A stretch of 64,000 nt of DNA from Dimorphilus gyrociliatus (taxonomy: Eukaryota; Animalia; Annelida). Shown piece by piece: positions 50,791-62,332 of this stretch. The stretch spans positions 2,328,588-2,392,587 of the forward strand of contig CAJFCJ010000005.1 in NCBI GenBank assembly GCA_904063045.1, read 5' to 3'. A program made the translations under genes and the position numbers. A model generated the notes under the pieces. The model did not search any database and was not told where the DNA came from. It worked only from the letters and a program-made list of their open reading frames with translations. Within the stretch, counting starts at the first letter, position 1; each line of letters opens with the position of its first letter.

Positions 50791-51144
50791 GTAAAATAAC
50801 CACTAAAATTCGACTTTAATACAATTAACTAAACGTAAATATATAATTGCAGTTAACCTATTCAACATATCACCAGTCTACTTCCGGTATGGTTTTTCTA
50901 ATCAGACTTGGTAGTATATTTTTTTATGAAGAATGGATTAAATTTCATTAACGGATCAATTAGTTAATTAATAATATTAATTTAAGAGTATTATGAAGGA
51001 TTTGAATAATTTGATTATTCCCAAATTATTTAATAATAGATTAATTACATTCCAGAAATAATAAAATCAAATATATAAATTAATAGTTCGCTATCATTTG
51101 TTTTATTCTCATTCTTTTTTCTAGGTCATTATTATCTGCTCTGA

Positions 51145-52542
51145 TTAATTTATTTTCCTTTCATAGTGCTTGAAGATTAATTCGCCGGGTTTTATTTTAT
51201 TTCTTAGACAAAAGATTACTTTGTCGTCGGTTAACAAATAGCTGGTAATACGCCCATCCTCAAAGATTTTCTGATGATGATAATAACGGGCTAAGTTAGC
51301 TATTGGATCAACGATAAAAACGTAATCGATATCGGTGAGGAGTATATTTCCAATATCCAATTTATTAATGATATCTTCTCTAATTGAAAAATCACCAATA
51401 GATAGCATAACGTCAATTGTAGAAGTTAATTTATTTTCGCTATCGATTCTATATACTTTCTTATCTTGTTGAAGAATATAGGCGTTATCTCCTATTATCT
51501 TGAAATTTTGTATCCAATTTGAAAATTTCAATAATTTTAAAGATCTTTCTTTTTTATTAAATATCCAAAAGTTTTCAAATGTTGAAAAGCAAATTGAATT
51601 TTTAAACTGTACATTCTTAAACGATTCTAAAGTTGAAAATGTCTTAAAAACAACTATTTCCGGTCTCTTTTCCAATGCTCCTACTTTTAATAATATTTTA
51701 TCTCTTTGATAATTGTTTTGTAACATTGGACAAAGGAAATATATATCTTCATTTTCTTCATCAATACTAAGATCTTCAACTGCGCATTTAACGCAATAGT
51801 TTGATTCGTTATTTGATAATTTATATATTCTATTCCTCCATGGTTCTATTTCGGATGTAAAGGCGTAAAATTCATTTTTTGATACTATGACTTTTCTTGG
51901 AAATTTATTCAAATAGATCTTAGTTTCGATTATAGGCTGTTGGTAATCAATTATAGAAACTGTACTATTTTTAAATTTATTCCTTTTATGATCTCTTTGA
52001 TAAAAAACTCTGTTTTCTAATATCTCTTTTTGGAGGTCGTGAAGACGTTTTTGAAACTTAGAAATTAACTCTGAACATTCTGAATCGTTCTTCCCCGATT
52101 TCGACTCTGTAAACTTCTTACTAGACGATGTTATATTGTCCAATAATTCTTGAGCGTTTCTACCTCTTTTATTAAAGAATTCAATTATTTCGGCTCTTTG
52201 AACTGCTTGACGTTCCATTATTATTTTCAATTCATCAGCGGCTTCCGTGTTCAATTTTCTCAATTCTCTATTCATATCGAGCTTATTTTTGTCTAGATGT
52301 GTTAAGACTTCAAGTTTAAGTTGTTCGCTTGCCTTTATATAATAGTGTTCCGCATTTTGATCGTTATCTTGACTATCGGAAGGTTTATTACACGTAGGAC
52401 AAACAAAATGATCAACAGAGATCTCATTGCTTTCGTGATTGCTCGTAAGGCAATCTATACAAACATTATGACCATTTTTACAAATAACATATTTAACATG
52501 CTTATCCATGGTACTTTGAAATCTAGTATCAGAATGATCCAT
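51145..52542 (-). CDS. Cluster family member 7: degenerate RING, coiled coil and C-terminal domain
   Basis: First ATG at 52542. Contains ICKNGHNVCIDC...CPTC, FSIREDIINKL and VIFCL. Confidence 0.8.
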   Translation of the reverse strand: MDHSDTRFQSTMDKHVKYVICKNGHNVCIDCLTSNHESNEISVDHFVCPTCNKPSDSQDNDQNAEHYYIKASEQLKLEVLTHLDKNKLDMNRELRKLNTEAADELKIIMERQAVQRAEIIEFFNKRGRNAQELLDNITSSSKKFTESKSGKNDSECSELISKFQKRLHDLQKEILENRVFYQRDHKRNKFKNSTVSIIDYQQPIIETKIYLNKFPRKVIVSKNEFYAFTSEIEPWRNRIYKLSNNESNYCVKCAVEDLSIDEENEDIYFLCPMLQNNYQRDKILLKVGALEKRPEIVVFKTFSTLESFKNVQFKNSICFSTFENFWIFNKKERSLKLLKFSNWIQNFKIIGDNAYILQQDKKVYRIDSENKLTSTIDVMLSIGDFSIREDIINKLDIGNILLTDIDYVFIVDPIANLARYYHHQKIFEDGRITSYLLTDDKVIFCLRNKIKPGELIFKHYERKIN

Positions 52543-53623
52543 ACATTTATGCCAACTAACCAAACCAGTCAAAATCCATCTAATAAATAAAGAACAATAC
52601 AAGATAATACAATAGATCTATTTCGTTTAGAGCAAAAATATCCTATCAGTTACTTTCATTTCTTCTTATCTCTTTCCATTGTCTTAAGCTTTTATTTCTC
52701 AAAAAGTATCTTTTGTATAAAAAAAGAAAAAGAAGCTACAACCAGATGATAAGAGCTATTATTTTCTTTATTTGTAATCTACCTCCCTTTGCCTCGATTC
52801 AATAGCGATGAAATTAGAAGCAATTCTATAGTTTTACTAATGAAATTAATCGCACAAATTCAGTTGATATAGTTGTAATTTATACAATATAGATGGATTA
52901 ATTTGGATTGAAAGAGTTATCAGGAGATTATTCTTGTAGGATATTAGTCAATTGGCAAGGAGAAGGAAAAATAAATTTAGCATTTTTCTAGAAATCCTCT
53001 AGAACTGATTGGAAAACTGATTTTCATGAGAAGAATCTATTATGGTGTGCCTCGTTTTAATCCTCGATTAGTGTAGTTACACTAACCACCATTTAGTACA
53101 ATTCTTTATATGTTTCGAAGCAACTCAATGTTATACTTCGAACTGATTTAGAGAGAAATTTGATGAAATCAAATAACAATACTGAAAAGAATGTGAGAGG
53201 GGAGGATCAGATAGTAAATTGATAGAATGTTACCTACTCTCCAGAAAGGAAGAGATTGATAAGTCATTGCATAAACGTTTATCTATAGATTTATATAATA
53301 TAACTACTGTATAATACATCATCAACAAGACTTTTAATCTAGACCTATTTTAAATTTTATCCAACATCTAAGTCGACAATAATAAAAACAACTTGACAAA
53401 TACTTAGGCAGGTATAGCTATATCCTCTGAGAAGAATATGACGCTGAGTACTTTCATCATTGTATATAAAAGAAAGCGGAATTACAACACAAGTAAATTT
53501 AGGTTTGAACCTACGTCTGAACAGTTTATTAAATATTGCATCATAGTGAATTAAAGTAAGTAATTTCAATAAATGATAAATTGATTTTTATTCATTTTGA
53601 CCAATTTTTCATATAGAGTTGCT

Positions 53624-53992
53624 ATGGCAAGATTTAGTGATTATTGTGACGTATTGGAGAAAAGTAAAAACAGCAATAAACAAGAATTATTGCAGTTGGC
53701 AAAACAAATTCAAGAGAAGATTGCGTTAATTGAACAACAGAAGAAGATAGAATTGGAAAATTTAAATAATACAATTATGTCTATTATACAAACGATTCTT
53801 TTGCATACGAATTTGTTTGACGACGACGATGACGACGAAGAAGAAGAAGAAGAAGACGATGATGAGGAGGAAGGTGAAGACGATTATGAATATTATTACA
53901 ATGACGAAGAAGGTAATGATAATGATCATGATCATGATGACGACGACGACGACGACGATGATGATGATGATGATGGGAACTTTTCTCTATAA
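53624..53992 (+). CDS. Cluster family member 8: partial coiled coil fused to a poly-Asp/Glu tail
   Basis: LAKQIQEKIALIEQQKKIELENLNNTIMSII matches the family coil; it is followed by about 55 mostly D/E codons. Confidence 0.6.
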   Translation: MARFSDYCDVLEKSKNSNKQELLQLAKQIQEKIALIEQQKKIELENLNNTIMSIIQTILLHTNLFDDDDDDEEEEEEDDDEEEGEDDYEYYYNDEEGNDNDHDHDDDDDDDDDDDDDGNFSL

Positions 53993-54672
53993 AAAAGAAA
54001 AAGAATATTAAAAATTAGTTGTCTTAAAGTTGATTAATTCATTTTGTTTTTTTTCTCGTCTTCATAAATAAACATATTTCTATAAATCATATATATATTC
54101 GAATAATTATCTTTTCTTTTAGCCTAATTAGAACTATAAAAACAACCAGACAGACAGTATTGTAACTTATTTAGCGACATTTGTGAGTTGTTGTAATTGA
54201 GCAGTAATACCCATACATAGTAACATAAAACGCCAATCTTTTAAAGATATTCGATATTTGGAGTAAAATAATAATAAAAATAATAAAGAATTCCAAGAAA
54301 ACAACTATATTAATAAACTTTTAAAAGTTTATTAATTAAATTGAAAAATGAAAATGATCTTTTAATAAAATGGAAATAAAAGTCTTTTAAAATTATTATA
54401 ATACTATTAATGAAGATAATTAGGCCCTTTATCTGATAAATAGTCATCTCTTTAAAATAAATTATTAGTATTCGTTCAATTTTTATATCAAAAGTCGCCA
54501 TTTTGATTAAATTGTTTTTTTTTTAGTGTTGCGCCTGATATGATCGGGCCTGAACGAGAATAATAATTCGGCGTAACTAAAAAAATCTACTTCCGCTTCA
54601 ACTCACACTAAAACTGGTATGACTATTTTGCCCCATACATAACTTCTTTTTACTATATCAAATCTTATTGAA

Positions 54673-55536
54673 ATGGAAAATAGCGAAAGTAAGAATAACT
54701 CGAACGTTTTGAAAGAGAGAGAGGAGAGAAAGGCTAAGGCTAAGGAAGAGTATGATAATTTATCCGAAAAATTAAATACATATATCAGCCAGTTAGACGA
54801 TCAAAAGGACAAAGAAATAAATAAACTTAATCACGAAGTAACTTCGCTGATAGCGAAAATTAAGAAGCAAGAAAATGCCCTTCAAGATGAAATTGAAATA
54901 TATTTCGCTGACAAAAAGTCCACCTTGAACCAATTGTTGAACGATGCTAAGAAATTATATGAAATTCAAGATCAAATTTTTACGTTACAACTTCAAAGTG
55001 ATTTAACAACGGCAATGAGCAATTTAAGGCGAGAATGTACTGTTCTGATGGACAAAACCGGTGTATTTCAAAAGAGCTTGGCTTTTGAACAGTTTGATAT
55101 TGGAATATTTACGGGAAACAGGAAGCCACTTTTCGACCTGAATGATATATTATCATCAGACAAAGATAATAAAAGCTTAGCGAATTCAGGTAAATTTAAA
55201 TGAACATATAATTTAATGTATTAAAAAGCTTTTCTTTTTTTTTACTATATTAATATTATAGAGAATAAGAGTGAGTGTGAACAAGCAAATAACATGTTCT
55301 CTACATCCCCGGATAAACAACCTTTGTCAAAGGAATTAATTTCTACTGCACCTAGGAAGAAAAAAATTGAAAAAGTTGCTAAGAATTTTGAAGGAGTAAA
55401 ATTTGGTAAATTATTTATTATATTTGTTTATAAATAAACAAATATTAATATTTGTTTATTTGTATTTATAGCAGGATTTGGATCAGGATTTACTTTCGGT
55501 AACGCAGAGCCGAAAAATTCGTTTACATTCAAATAG
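54673..55536 (+). CDS. Cluster family member 9: coiled coil with a spliced FxFG-like tail, 3 exons
   Basis: Family coil up to FEQFDIGIF, then two phase-1 introns leading to VKFAGFGSGFTFGNAEPKNSFTFK*. Confidence 0.7.
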
Positions 55537-55651
55537 GAGCAGTAAGAAATAAAGAGTTAATCAAAATATGTAAAGTTATTGAGAGAGTAGGAAACAAGTT
55601 TATAATTGTTTTTATTGTATATTTCTTCAATTTTTTATCGGTTTTTATATA

Positions 55652-56881
55652 TTAAACAAAGTTATAATTGAGGTTAATTGGAAAATATTTGAATATTAAT
55701 CTAGATTCATCCTCTAAACAGGATAGGCAAAAGATAATTTGTTCGTTATCAATTCTATAGTTTAATAATCTTTCTTGAGGGAATACTCTCTCCATTTTGA
55801 TTGTCATTGCCAATAGACTTTGAGGACAGATAAGAATAATATTTTCATTAGCGCATACAACAAGAAATCCTTTTGTTGTTATATAATCAATTATCTTTCG
55901 TAATACTGATTTATTACCTCCTTCGTCTAATTCTTGAATGATAATATCTTTCCATTCGTTCTTCTCTAAATCAGCAAATACTAATAGATTGTCAGATATA
56001 TTGTATAAAACATTTTCCATAACAATATTATGTTCAAATTTCATTATTCTACTTGATAAGGATACAGTTTCCGTTGTTTTTTTATGTCTTTTGACAATTG
56101 TTGAATTTTGATAGAGAAGGATAAAATCTTTTAAAACTGCAAATTGTTCAGTAAATCTCTCATTAGATTGTTTTTGAATAGTATAATATTCAGAACTGTA
56201 GAAAGGTTTTGTTATAATTGATACAGTTGCTGAAGATTTCAATAATTGAATATAAGATATTCTATTATCGTTTGTCATTGTTATACTATCAATTTTACCA
56301 TCAACACTATAAATAACCTGATTTCTTTGTAATTCAACAATTTCGCATGAATTTCTAAGAACATAAAATCCATTTTCGTTCGATATTACTTTATCAATTT
56401 TATCATGAAATTCTATGAATTCTTCTTTAATTGGATTTTCAAAATTTGGTATTTTAAGATTGCCAATTTCAAGGCCATTTAAAGAATCGGATTTTTGGAA
56501 AACGCCCTTCTTTCTCATTAGGTTATCGGCGTAGTATTTAACGTTTTCAATCATCTTTGAAAAATCACTTTTTAATATCTTATCTGGAATTTTCTTACGA
56601 TTTTCGTATAATCTTTCAATATACGATACAATATTTTTAAGATTATCCTTCTTTTCCGAGTAGAATAATTCAATTTCAGTTCGAATATCTTCCTGTCTAT
56701 CGTGTATGCTTATCATTAATGACGTAATCTCCGTATTAAGTTTATGTAAGGCTATCCGCTTTTCTTCGTCGATTTTCTCAATTTTACCTTGAATTTTATT
56801 GATAAATAATGAAAAATCATCTTCAGAGAATTCTATTTCATCGTTCAATCGCTTATCAGAAGGATGAACAACTTCCCCCAT
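55652..56881 (-). CDS. Cluster family member 10: RING-less
   Basis: Probable ATG at 56881; motifs EIGNLKIPNFENP, NGFYV and IIFCL. Confidence 0.85.
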   Translation of the reverse strand: MGEVVHPSDKRLNDEIEFSEDDFSLFINKIQGKIEKIDEEKRIALHKLNTEITSLMISIHDRQEDIRTEIELFYSEKKDNLKNIVSYIERLYENRKKIPDKILKSDFSKMIENVKYYADNLMRKKGVFQKSDSLNGLEIGNLKIPNFENPIKEEFIEFHDKIDKVISNENGFYVLRNSCEIVELQRNQVIYSVDGKIDSITMTNDNRISYIQLLKSSATVSIITKPFYSSEYYTIQKQSNERFTEQFAVLKDFILLYQNSTIVKRHKKTTETVSLSSRIMKFEHNIVMENVLYNISDNLLVFADLEKNEWKDIIIQELDEGGNKSVLRKIIDYITTKGFLVVCANENIILICPQSLLAMTIKMERVFPQERLLNYRIDNEQIIFCLSCLEDESRLIFKYFPINLNYNFV

Positions 56882-57265
56882 TTTTCGTTTGATAATGAAA
56901 CAAAATAAAAATGAAACACGTGTTTCCATAGATGTTATTCAGCAAAAAAATGACAACACATGTACTCAATAATTATAATAAAAGTTAAAATATAAAATTC
57001 TGTATTTTTTAATGGAAGTATCAGAAAAAAAAATCAATTTTGAATACAAATTAGGCCTAAACAAAGCAGTTTGCCTTTCCCATTTAATAAATAGTCTAAC
57101 ACCTTGTTCTGTTTTTTTTTAAAAAAACAAAAGTTTTAACAATTTCTTTTTATTGTTCTTTTTTTTTGTTACGAAATAGACTTTGCTGTGTGTTGTTCTG
57201 CATTGAGTACTGATTTTTTTTAATATACAAATATTGAAACAAGATATTATATAAATAATAGAAAA

Positions 57266-58495
57266 ATGTCTAAAGTAAACGCCGATTATTTATGTAATAC
57301 TTTCTTTAATAGAAATAATAATTATAAAATAATAGATAGGAATGAATTCTCAAAGTTTAAATTGCGTTTAATAGAACGAATTAATAGTATTGACGTAAAT
57401 ATGGAGAATGAAATACAAAATTTAAGAGATTCAATTGATATTTTAAATAATGAACTTAGCAGACAGAAAATTGAGATGGAGACGAAACTTAAGGATTTTT
57501 ATGATAATAAGAAGAAGATATTAGAACAATATCTATCCGATGTTAATATTTTACAAGAGACTTATGATAAAATTTCAACTGATTTTCTTAAAGATGAACT
57601 ATTGACAATGATTGATTGCATAAAGGAACTATCTAAGAAGATTTCAAATGAGAAAGGCGTATTTAGACCATCAGAATATTTAGATGATATAAAAATTGGT
57701 AAATTTTCAGTATCGATTGACGAAAAACCTTTTAAAGAATATTCAATTCAGTTGAAAACTCCAATCGAAAAGATTATTGGCAATAAAAATGAATTTTTTA
57801 CTATTCTTAATGGAAATCAAATATTCGAATTAAAGGATAATAAGGTTATATTAACAACTAAAGATAGAATTGATGATCTATCAATTACATTTGATAAAAT
57901 GATATCGTATTGTCAATTTTCAAAGGAGAAAATCAAAATTTTCATCCTAAATGAGAATAATTATGCTGTTGAAGACAATTTTGAGATAAATTTTCAACAT
58001 TTCACTGCGGATTACGCAACATTTTCAGTATTGAAAGATACTATATTAATTCACGATAAATCTCAAGTATTAATGTTTAATAAGGAAACAATAGAATTAT
58101 TCTTCTGTTGGACTTATGGAGAAAATAGGAGTGGAGAAATTTCCAATAGGATTAACGAGAACACGTGCTATCAATATTTCAATCAAACTGGCCTAATATT
58201 CGAAAGTTTTAATGAAAGTAATAAGAATTTTCAAATTAACTCAAATAGAAAATTAATTAAATCTATTAAAGATATTATAACTGAGTTAAGGAACGGAAAG
58301 GTTCTCTTCTGTCATGGAGGAAAGTTAATTATTTTAAATCCTTTTACTTTAGAAAGTTATTTTATAATTATGTCAAAGATTTTCCCTGAAGAGAAGCTCT
58401 TAGATTATTCTATATCTAATAATGAGATAATCTTTTGCTTTTGTAATAGAATTAATCAATTATCTATTACTTTTAAACATTTCTATATTGATTAA
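57266..58495 (+). CDS. Cluster family member 11: RING-less
   Basis: 409 aa; motifs KIGKFSV, DLSITFD, IKDIITELRNGKVL and IIFCF. Confidence 0.85.
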   Translation: MSKVNADYLCNTFFNRNNNYKIIDRNEFSKFKLRLIERINSIDVNMENEIQNLRDSIDILNNELSRQKIEMETKLKDFYDNKKKILEQYLSDVNILQETYDKISTDFLKDELLTMIDCIKELSKKISNEKGVFRPSEYLDDIKIGKFSVSIDEKPFKEYSIQLKTPIEKIIGNKNEFFTILNGNQIFELKDNKVILTTKDRIDDLSITFDKMISYCQFSKEKIKIFILNENNYAVEDNFEINFQHFTADYATFSVLKDTILIHDKSQVLMFNKETIELFFCWTYGENRSGEISNRINENTCYQYFNQTGLIFESFNESNKNFQINSNRKLIKSIKDIITELRNGKVLFCHGGKLIILNPFTLESYFIIMSKIFPEEKLLDYSISNNEIIFCFCNRINQLSITFKHFYID

Positions 58496-58756
58496 TACAA
58501 AAATTAAAGATGCTTAAAATGTTGGTTAAACTGCGGGAATATTCTTCAATACGACATTTATGATTCAGTACAGTTTTTCAATAATAAATATATCGAATAC
58601 AATAGGCAAGTAGGCCGATTTGCTGTAGAAGCATTGCCTGCTATGAGATTTGGCATTCTTTTTTCTCCAACTATCTTATAAGTTAATTCCGAATTTTCAT
58701 TGGTTAAAGTAGCTGATAGAGTAACGGATTATAAGCTAAATAATAAATCTTGGAAT

Positions 58757-60133
58757 ATGGCTTCTGATTGTGCGATCTGTATGGAGAGTTTAAACGATAA
58801 GGATGTTAGACAGTTGCCCTGTCATTCTAGTCATCTGTTCTGCTATCAGTGCCTATTTAAATACGCCGAATCAAATAGGATTCGATTTGGGGATTCTTTG
58901 CCATGTCCGATATGTAAAACGGAAATAGTATGGCCAAAAAATGGGGTAGAATCATTGAAAAGAGTATTTCTAAGAAGATCTCTATCGGAAAGTGATTTTG
59001 GTTCAATGTTAGCAAACGAAAGAAGGAAAACCTTACAAGAGCGGAAGAAAAATTTTGATCTATTAGAAGAACAAACGAATTATTTAATAAAGAAACTTTT
59101 AGATAAGAAAGCTTGTATTGAACAGCAATTGAATAGATTTTATGATGAGAAAATTGAAAATCTTGAACGATTAGAGAAGGAAGCTGAGGAATTGAACAAT
59201 ACACAACTAATCGATTTACCAAATCTAGGTAAATTGTCTAAAGAGGACAGAGAAAGAGATTTGAATATTTCTATAAAAGATATATTAAGGCAGAAGATTT
59301 CTGTTGAAAAGAGAAATTCTCACTCAGAACTATGTAAGGTTACCTACTCGAAGGAGGAAGAGCCAGCCTTTCAATACGGACTTGTTCAACAAGGTCCTCA
59401 TTATATAATTGGAGGTAATTATTGTTTCTTTCTTCAAACTGTTTCCGGTTTTTACGAATGTTCAAATTCTAACGCTCTCCTCTACGATGCAATTAATTTT
59501 TCAAGCGCTAATATAAGCAACGATTCATCATTATTCACTTTCACACAAGACGAAACTGCTCTGCTACATAGTCAAATTTGTAAATGGGATAAGAATACTA
59601 AACTATTCTATAAATATCCAACAACTGGAGCGTCAATTGACGAAATTGATTGGGATGATTTCGTCTATTTCCGCCATAAAAACGACATTATCATTTACGA
59701 TATAAGATCAGCTAAACTTGTTCGTCAACCATTATACGACCAATTCAAAAACAGTTGCCATACCAAATTCAAAAATGGTACTTGGTTTATACTTAAAAAT
59801 GGATACGATTTCCGATATTATCCAATGAAAAATCTAATTACAACAAGAAATTATCAAGGTCATAATGTCCTTATTCAAATACAAGATGGAAAGATCTCAA
59901 TTAGACAAGATATAATTAATGAATTAAGAAATGGTAAAATACTATTTTCCAATGAAAAATACGTCTTTTTATTGGATGAGAATTTAAAAAGTGCTAAAGC
60001 CTATTTACAAAAGAATCTTTTTAGAGAAGGTCAATTAAAAGCTCATTTTCAATCATTAACCGAAATTCATTTTTGTATATTAACAAATATTTCACAAAGC
60101 ACTCAATATTTAATGAAATGCTATAAATTTTAA
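58757..60133 (+). CDS. Cluster family member 12: RING, coiled coil and C-terminal domain; putative E3 ligase
   Basis: CAIC..LPCHSSHLFCYQC..CPIC..WPKNGVESL, the family coil, ISIRQDIINELRNGKILFSN and IHFCI. Confidence 0.9.
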   Translation: MASDCAICMESLNDKDVRQLPCHSSHLFCYQCLFKYAESNRIRFGDSLPCPICKTEIVWPKNGVESLKRVFLRRSLSESDFGSMLANERRKTLQERKKNFDLLEEQTNYLIKKLLDKKACIEQQLNRFYDEKIENLERLEKEAEELNNTQLIDLPNLGKLSKEDRERDLNISIKDILRQKISVEKRNSHSELCKVTYSKEEEPAFQYGLVQQGPHYIIGGNYCFFLQTVSGFYECSNSNALLYDAINFSSANISNDSSLFTFTQDETALLHSQICKWDKNTKLFYKYPTTGASIDEIDWDDFVYFRHKNDIIIYDIRSAKLVRQPLYDQFKNSCHTKFKNGTWFILKNGYDFRYYPMKNLITTRNYQGHNVLIQIQDGKISIRQDIINELRNGKILFSNEKYVFLLDENLKSAKAYLQKNLFREGQLKAHFQSLTEIHFCILTNISQSTQYLMKCYKF

Positions 60134-60901
60134 ATAAAAAATAAAGATAGAAGGACCAAAATAAAAAACATAAAAGAAATTTTTATTTAAATACTTTTGT
60201 TTTTTTAAAAAAAAAAAATTAGCCGGTTTTTTTTTTTCTATTCTTATCTTCTTAATCAACGTAAATTTTTTTTTTGCAAAAATGCATTATTAATGAAAAA
60301 TAATATAAAAACAATAAAAAGTTTTATTAAGTGAATTTTAAAAAAAAAGAAAAAAAACACAAAAGAAAATTGAATTATTACACAAAGAACAATTGAAACA
60401 ATTAAACAATTTTAGTCAATTATTCATTTTTAAACAGGTAGAAATATTTTCATTTAGATAAAGTATAAAAAAAATTATAGGAAGATAAAATTTAATATGG
60501 CTACCGGTTTGATTTGAAATTAAAACGAGCGGAGAAGGAAATGAGATGGGAAAAACCACAGTAATCCGTGAGTCATTTAGCTATAACCTCCTTGAAAAGG
60601 GGTTAACCACGTGGGTTTTTCTTATATATATATATATTACTAAATAGCTGAGCCTAATCAGATAGTATCTTCTATTTAAAGGTAGGTGGGTTTATTCTAT
60701 ATATTCTACTAGAAAATAAGAGAATTTAACCTATTTTACACTCTTTATTAATTTAATTGTTTGTTTTCCTATTACGTGACATTACAATGTATTAGCTGTT
60801 ATTAAGTATTCATTAAGATTACTGGGAAATCTCGTATTGACCACTTTCTAATCAATATATGCACTTTAGTAACCGATAAATATTGGTTTCATATATTTTC
60901 T

Positions 60902-62332
60902 ATGAAAAATTTACTATTTAACCTAGATAATTTGCCAAGGACTTTTGCAATGGAATGCAGTATTTGCTTAGAGAATCTCTGCTCTTCTAAAGAAACAAAG
61001 AGACTACCTTGCTATTGGTCTCATGTATTCTGTACAACCTGTTTAAAAGATATTATAGAAAGAAAGGATATAGGCGGATATTTCTCGTGTCCAATTTGTC
61101 AACACCCGATAAAATATCCTGAAGGTGGCATTGAAACATTTAGGAGTATTGATACAAAAAAGACTTGTATGGAAAATTACAAAGATGAGATTAATAGAGA
61201 GACTGAAAGACTGAATTTAAAAAGGAAAGCGGATATTGATGAATTAAATAAACATGTTAAATGTTTAAAACAATCAATTGATAATGATGAGACACGTATT
61301 AGTTATAAAATATGCAATTTCTACAATGGTATGAAAGAAAGCTATCGTCAAATTGCAGAGAATATTACAGATTATTTAAAATCGGAGGCTCTCTATACAA
61401 ACTCTGTTCAAAATAGAAAATTAATAACTTTCAAGGAGACAATAATTAGTTCAGTAGATAATAATATATCGAAGAACATTGTATTAAACTTCTCGGAGCC
61501 TAGACTTAATTATGTAAAATTACAATTCCAACACGAGGAAAAACCTGTTAAAGAATACTTTAGAGAAATGCCAGAGTCTTTTCGAATATTTGGTGGTGAT
61601 AATTGTTTTTTGGTTGTGTACGATAGGCAAATTTTTGAGTGGAATAGCAACGAATATATTCGTCATGCAGGTGGCGTTGAATTTACCGATGGTGCTATAA
61701 ATAGTAATAAGGAATTTTATGTTTATAAAACGCTTCCTCAAAACAGAGAGGAACGGGGAACGGTTGTGCAATGGTGTTACAAAGATAAATCTTTTCAGTC
61801 AATCTACAATAAGAGAAACGAGGAGGAGGTTAAAATAAATGGTAAAAAGTTCTTAGTCTTTACAAATCAAACAAGTCTTGTCCTATTCGATTTACAAACT
61901 GGTCAACTAATAAACATTGATCTGCATTACGACCTTTCCTGCTGGAAGACGAAATACATTAGTCATGGGGATATTTACTTTCTACGAGATAGCATAAATC
62001 TTCAATACTTTCCTATTAGTAAGTTAATTGACGATAAAATATTACCTGGAAATAACATACTCATAAATATTCATCACGAACAAATATCTATAAGAAACGA
62101 TATAATAGAAGAAATTGTTATGAATGAAAGAGTTTTACTATCTAATGAACAATTTGTATTCATCTTGAATGAGAACAATAAATCTGCTATTGCCTATCCC
62201 CAAAGAAATGTATTTCAGGAAGGTCAAATAATAAGCTATTTTGTTACCGACAATGATATCCACTTTTGCATTTTGTGCGAATCGTTAGCAGGTAAACATT
62301 GTTTAATTAAGAGCTATCTTCTCAAAGTATAA
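60902..62332 (+). CDS. Cluster family member 13: RING, coiled coil and C-terminal domain; putative E3 ligase
   Basis: CSIC..LPCYWSHVFCTTC..CPIC..YPEGGIETF, ISIRNDII and IHFCI. The start may instead be the ATG at 60950. Confidence 0.9.
   Translation: MKNLLFNLDNLPRTFAMECSICLENLCSSKETKRLPCYWSHVFCTTCLKDIIERKDIGGYFSCPICQHPIKYPEGGIETFRSIDTKKTCMENYKDEINRETERLNLKRKADIDELNKHVKCLKQSIDNDETRISYKICNFYNGMKESYRQIAENITDYLKSEALYTNSVQNRKLITFKETIISSVDNNISKNIVLNFSEPRLNYVKLQFQHEEKPVKEYFREMPESFRIFGGDNCFLVVYDRQIFEWNSNEYIRHAGGVEFTDGAINSNKEFYVYKTLPQNREERGTVVQWCYKDKSFQSIYNKRNEEEVKINGKKFLVFTNQTSLVLFDLQTGQLINIDLHYDLSCWKTKYISHGDIYFLRDSINLQYFPISKLIDDKILPGNNILINIHHEQISIRNDIIEEIVMNERVLLSNEQFVFILNENNKSAIAYPQRNVFQEGQIISYFVTDNDIHFCILCESLAGKHCLIKSYLLKV

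Noticed and set aside
52880-53570. Possible decayed gene between members 7 and 8
   Set aside because: Multiple stops in every frame and no motif shared with the family, so a pseudogene call cannot be supported.
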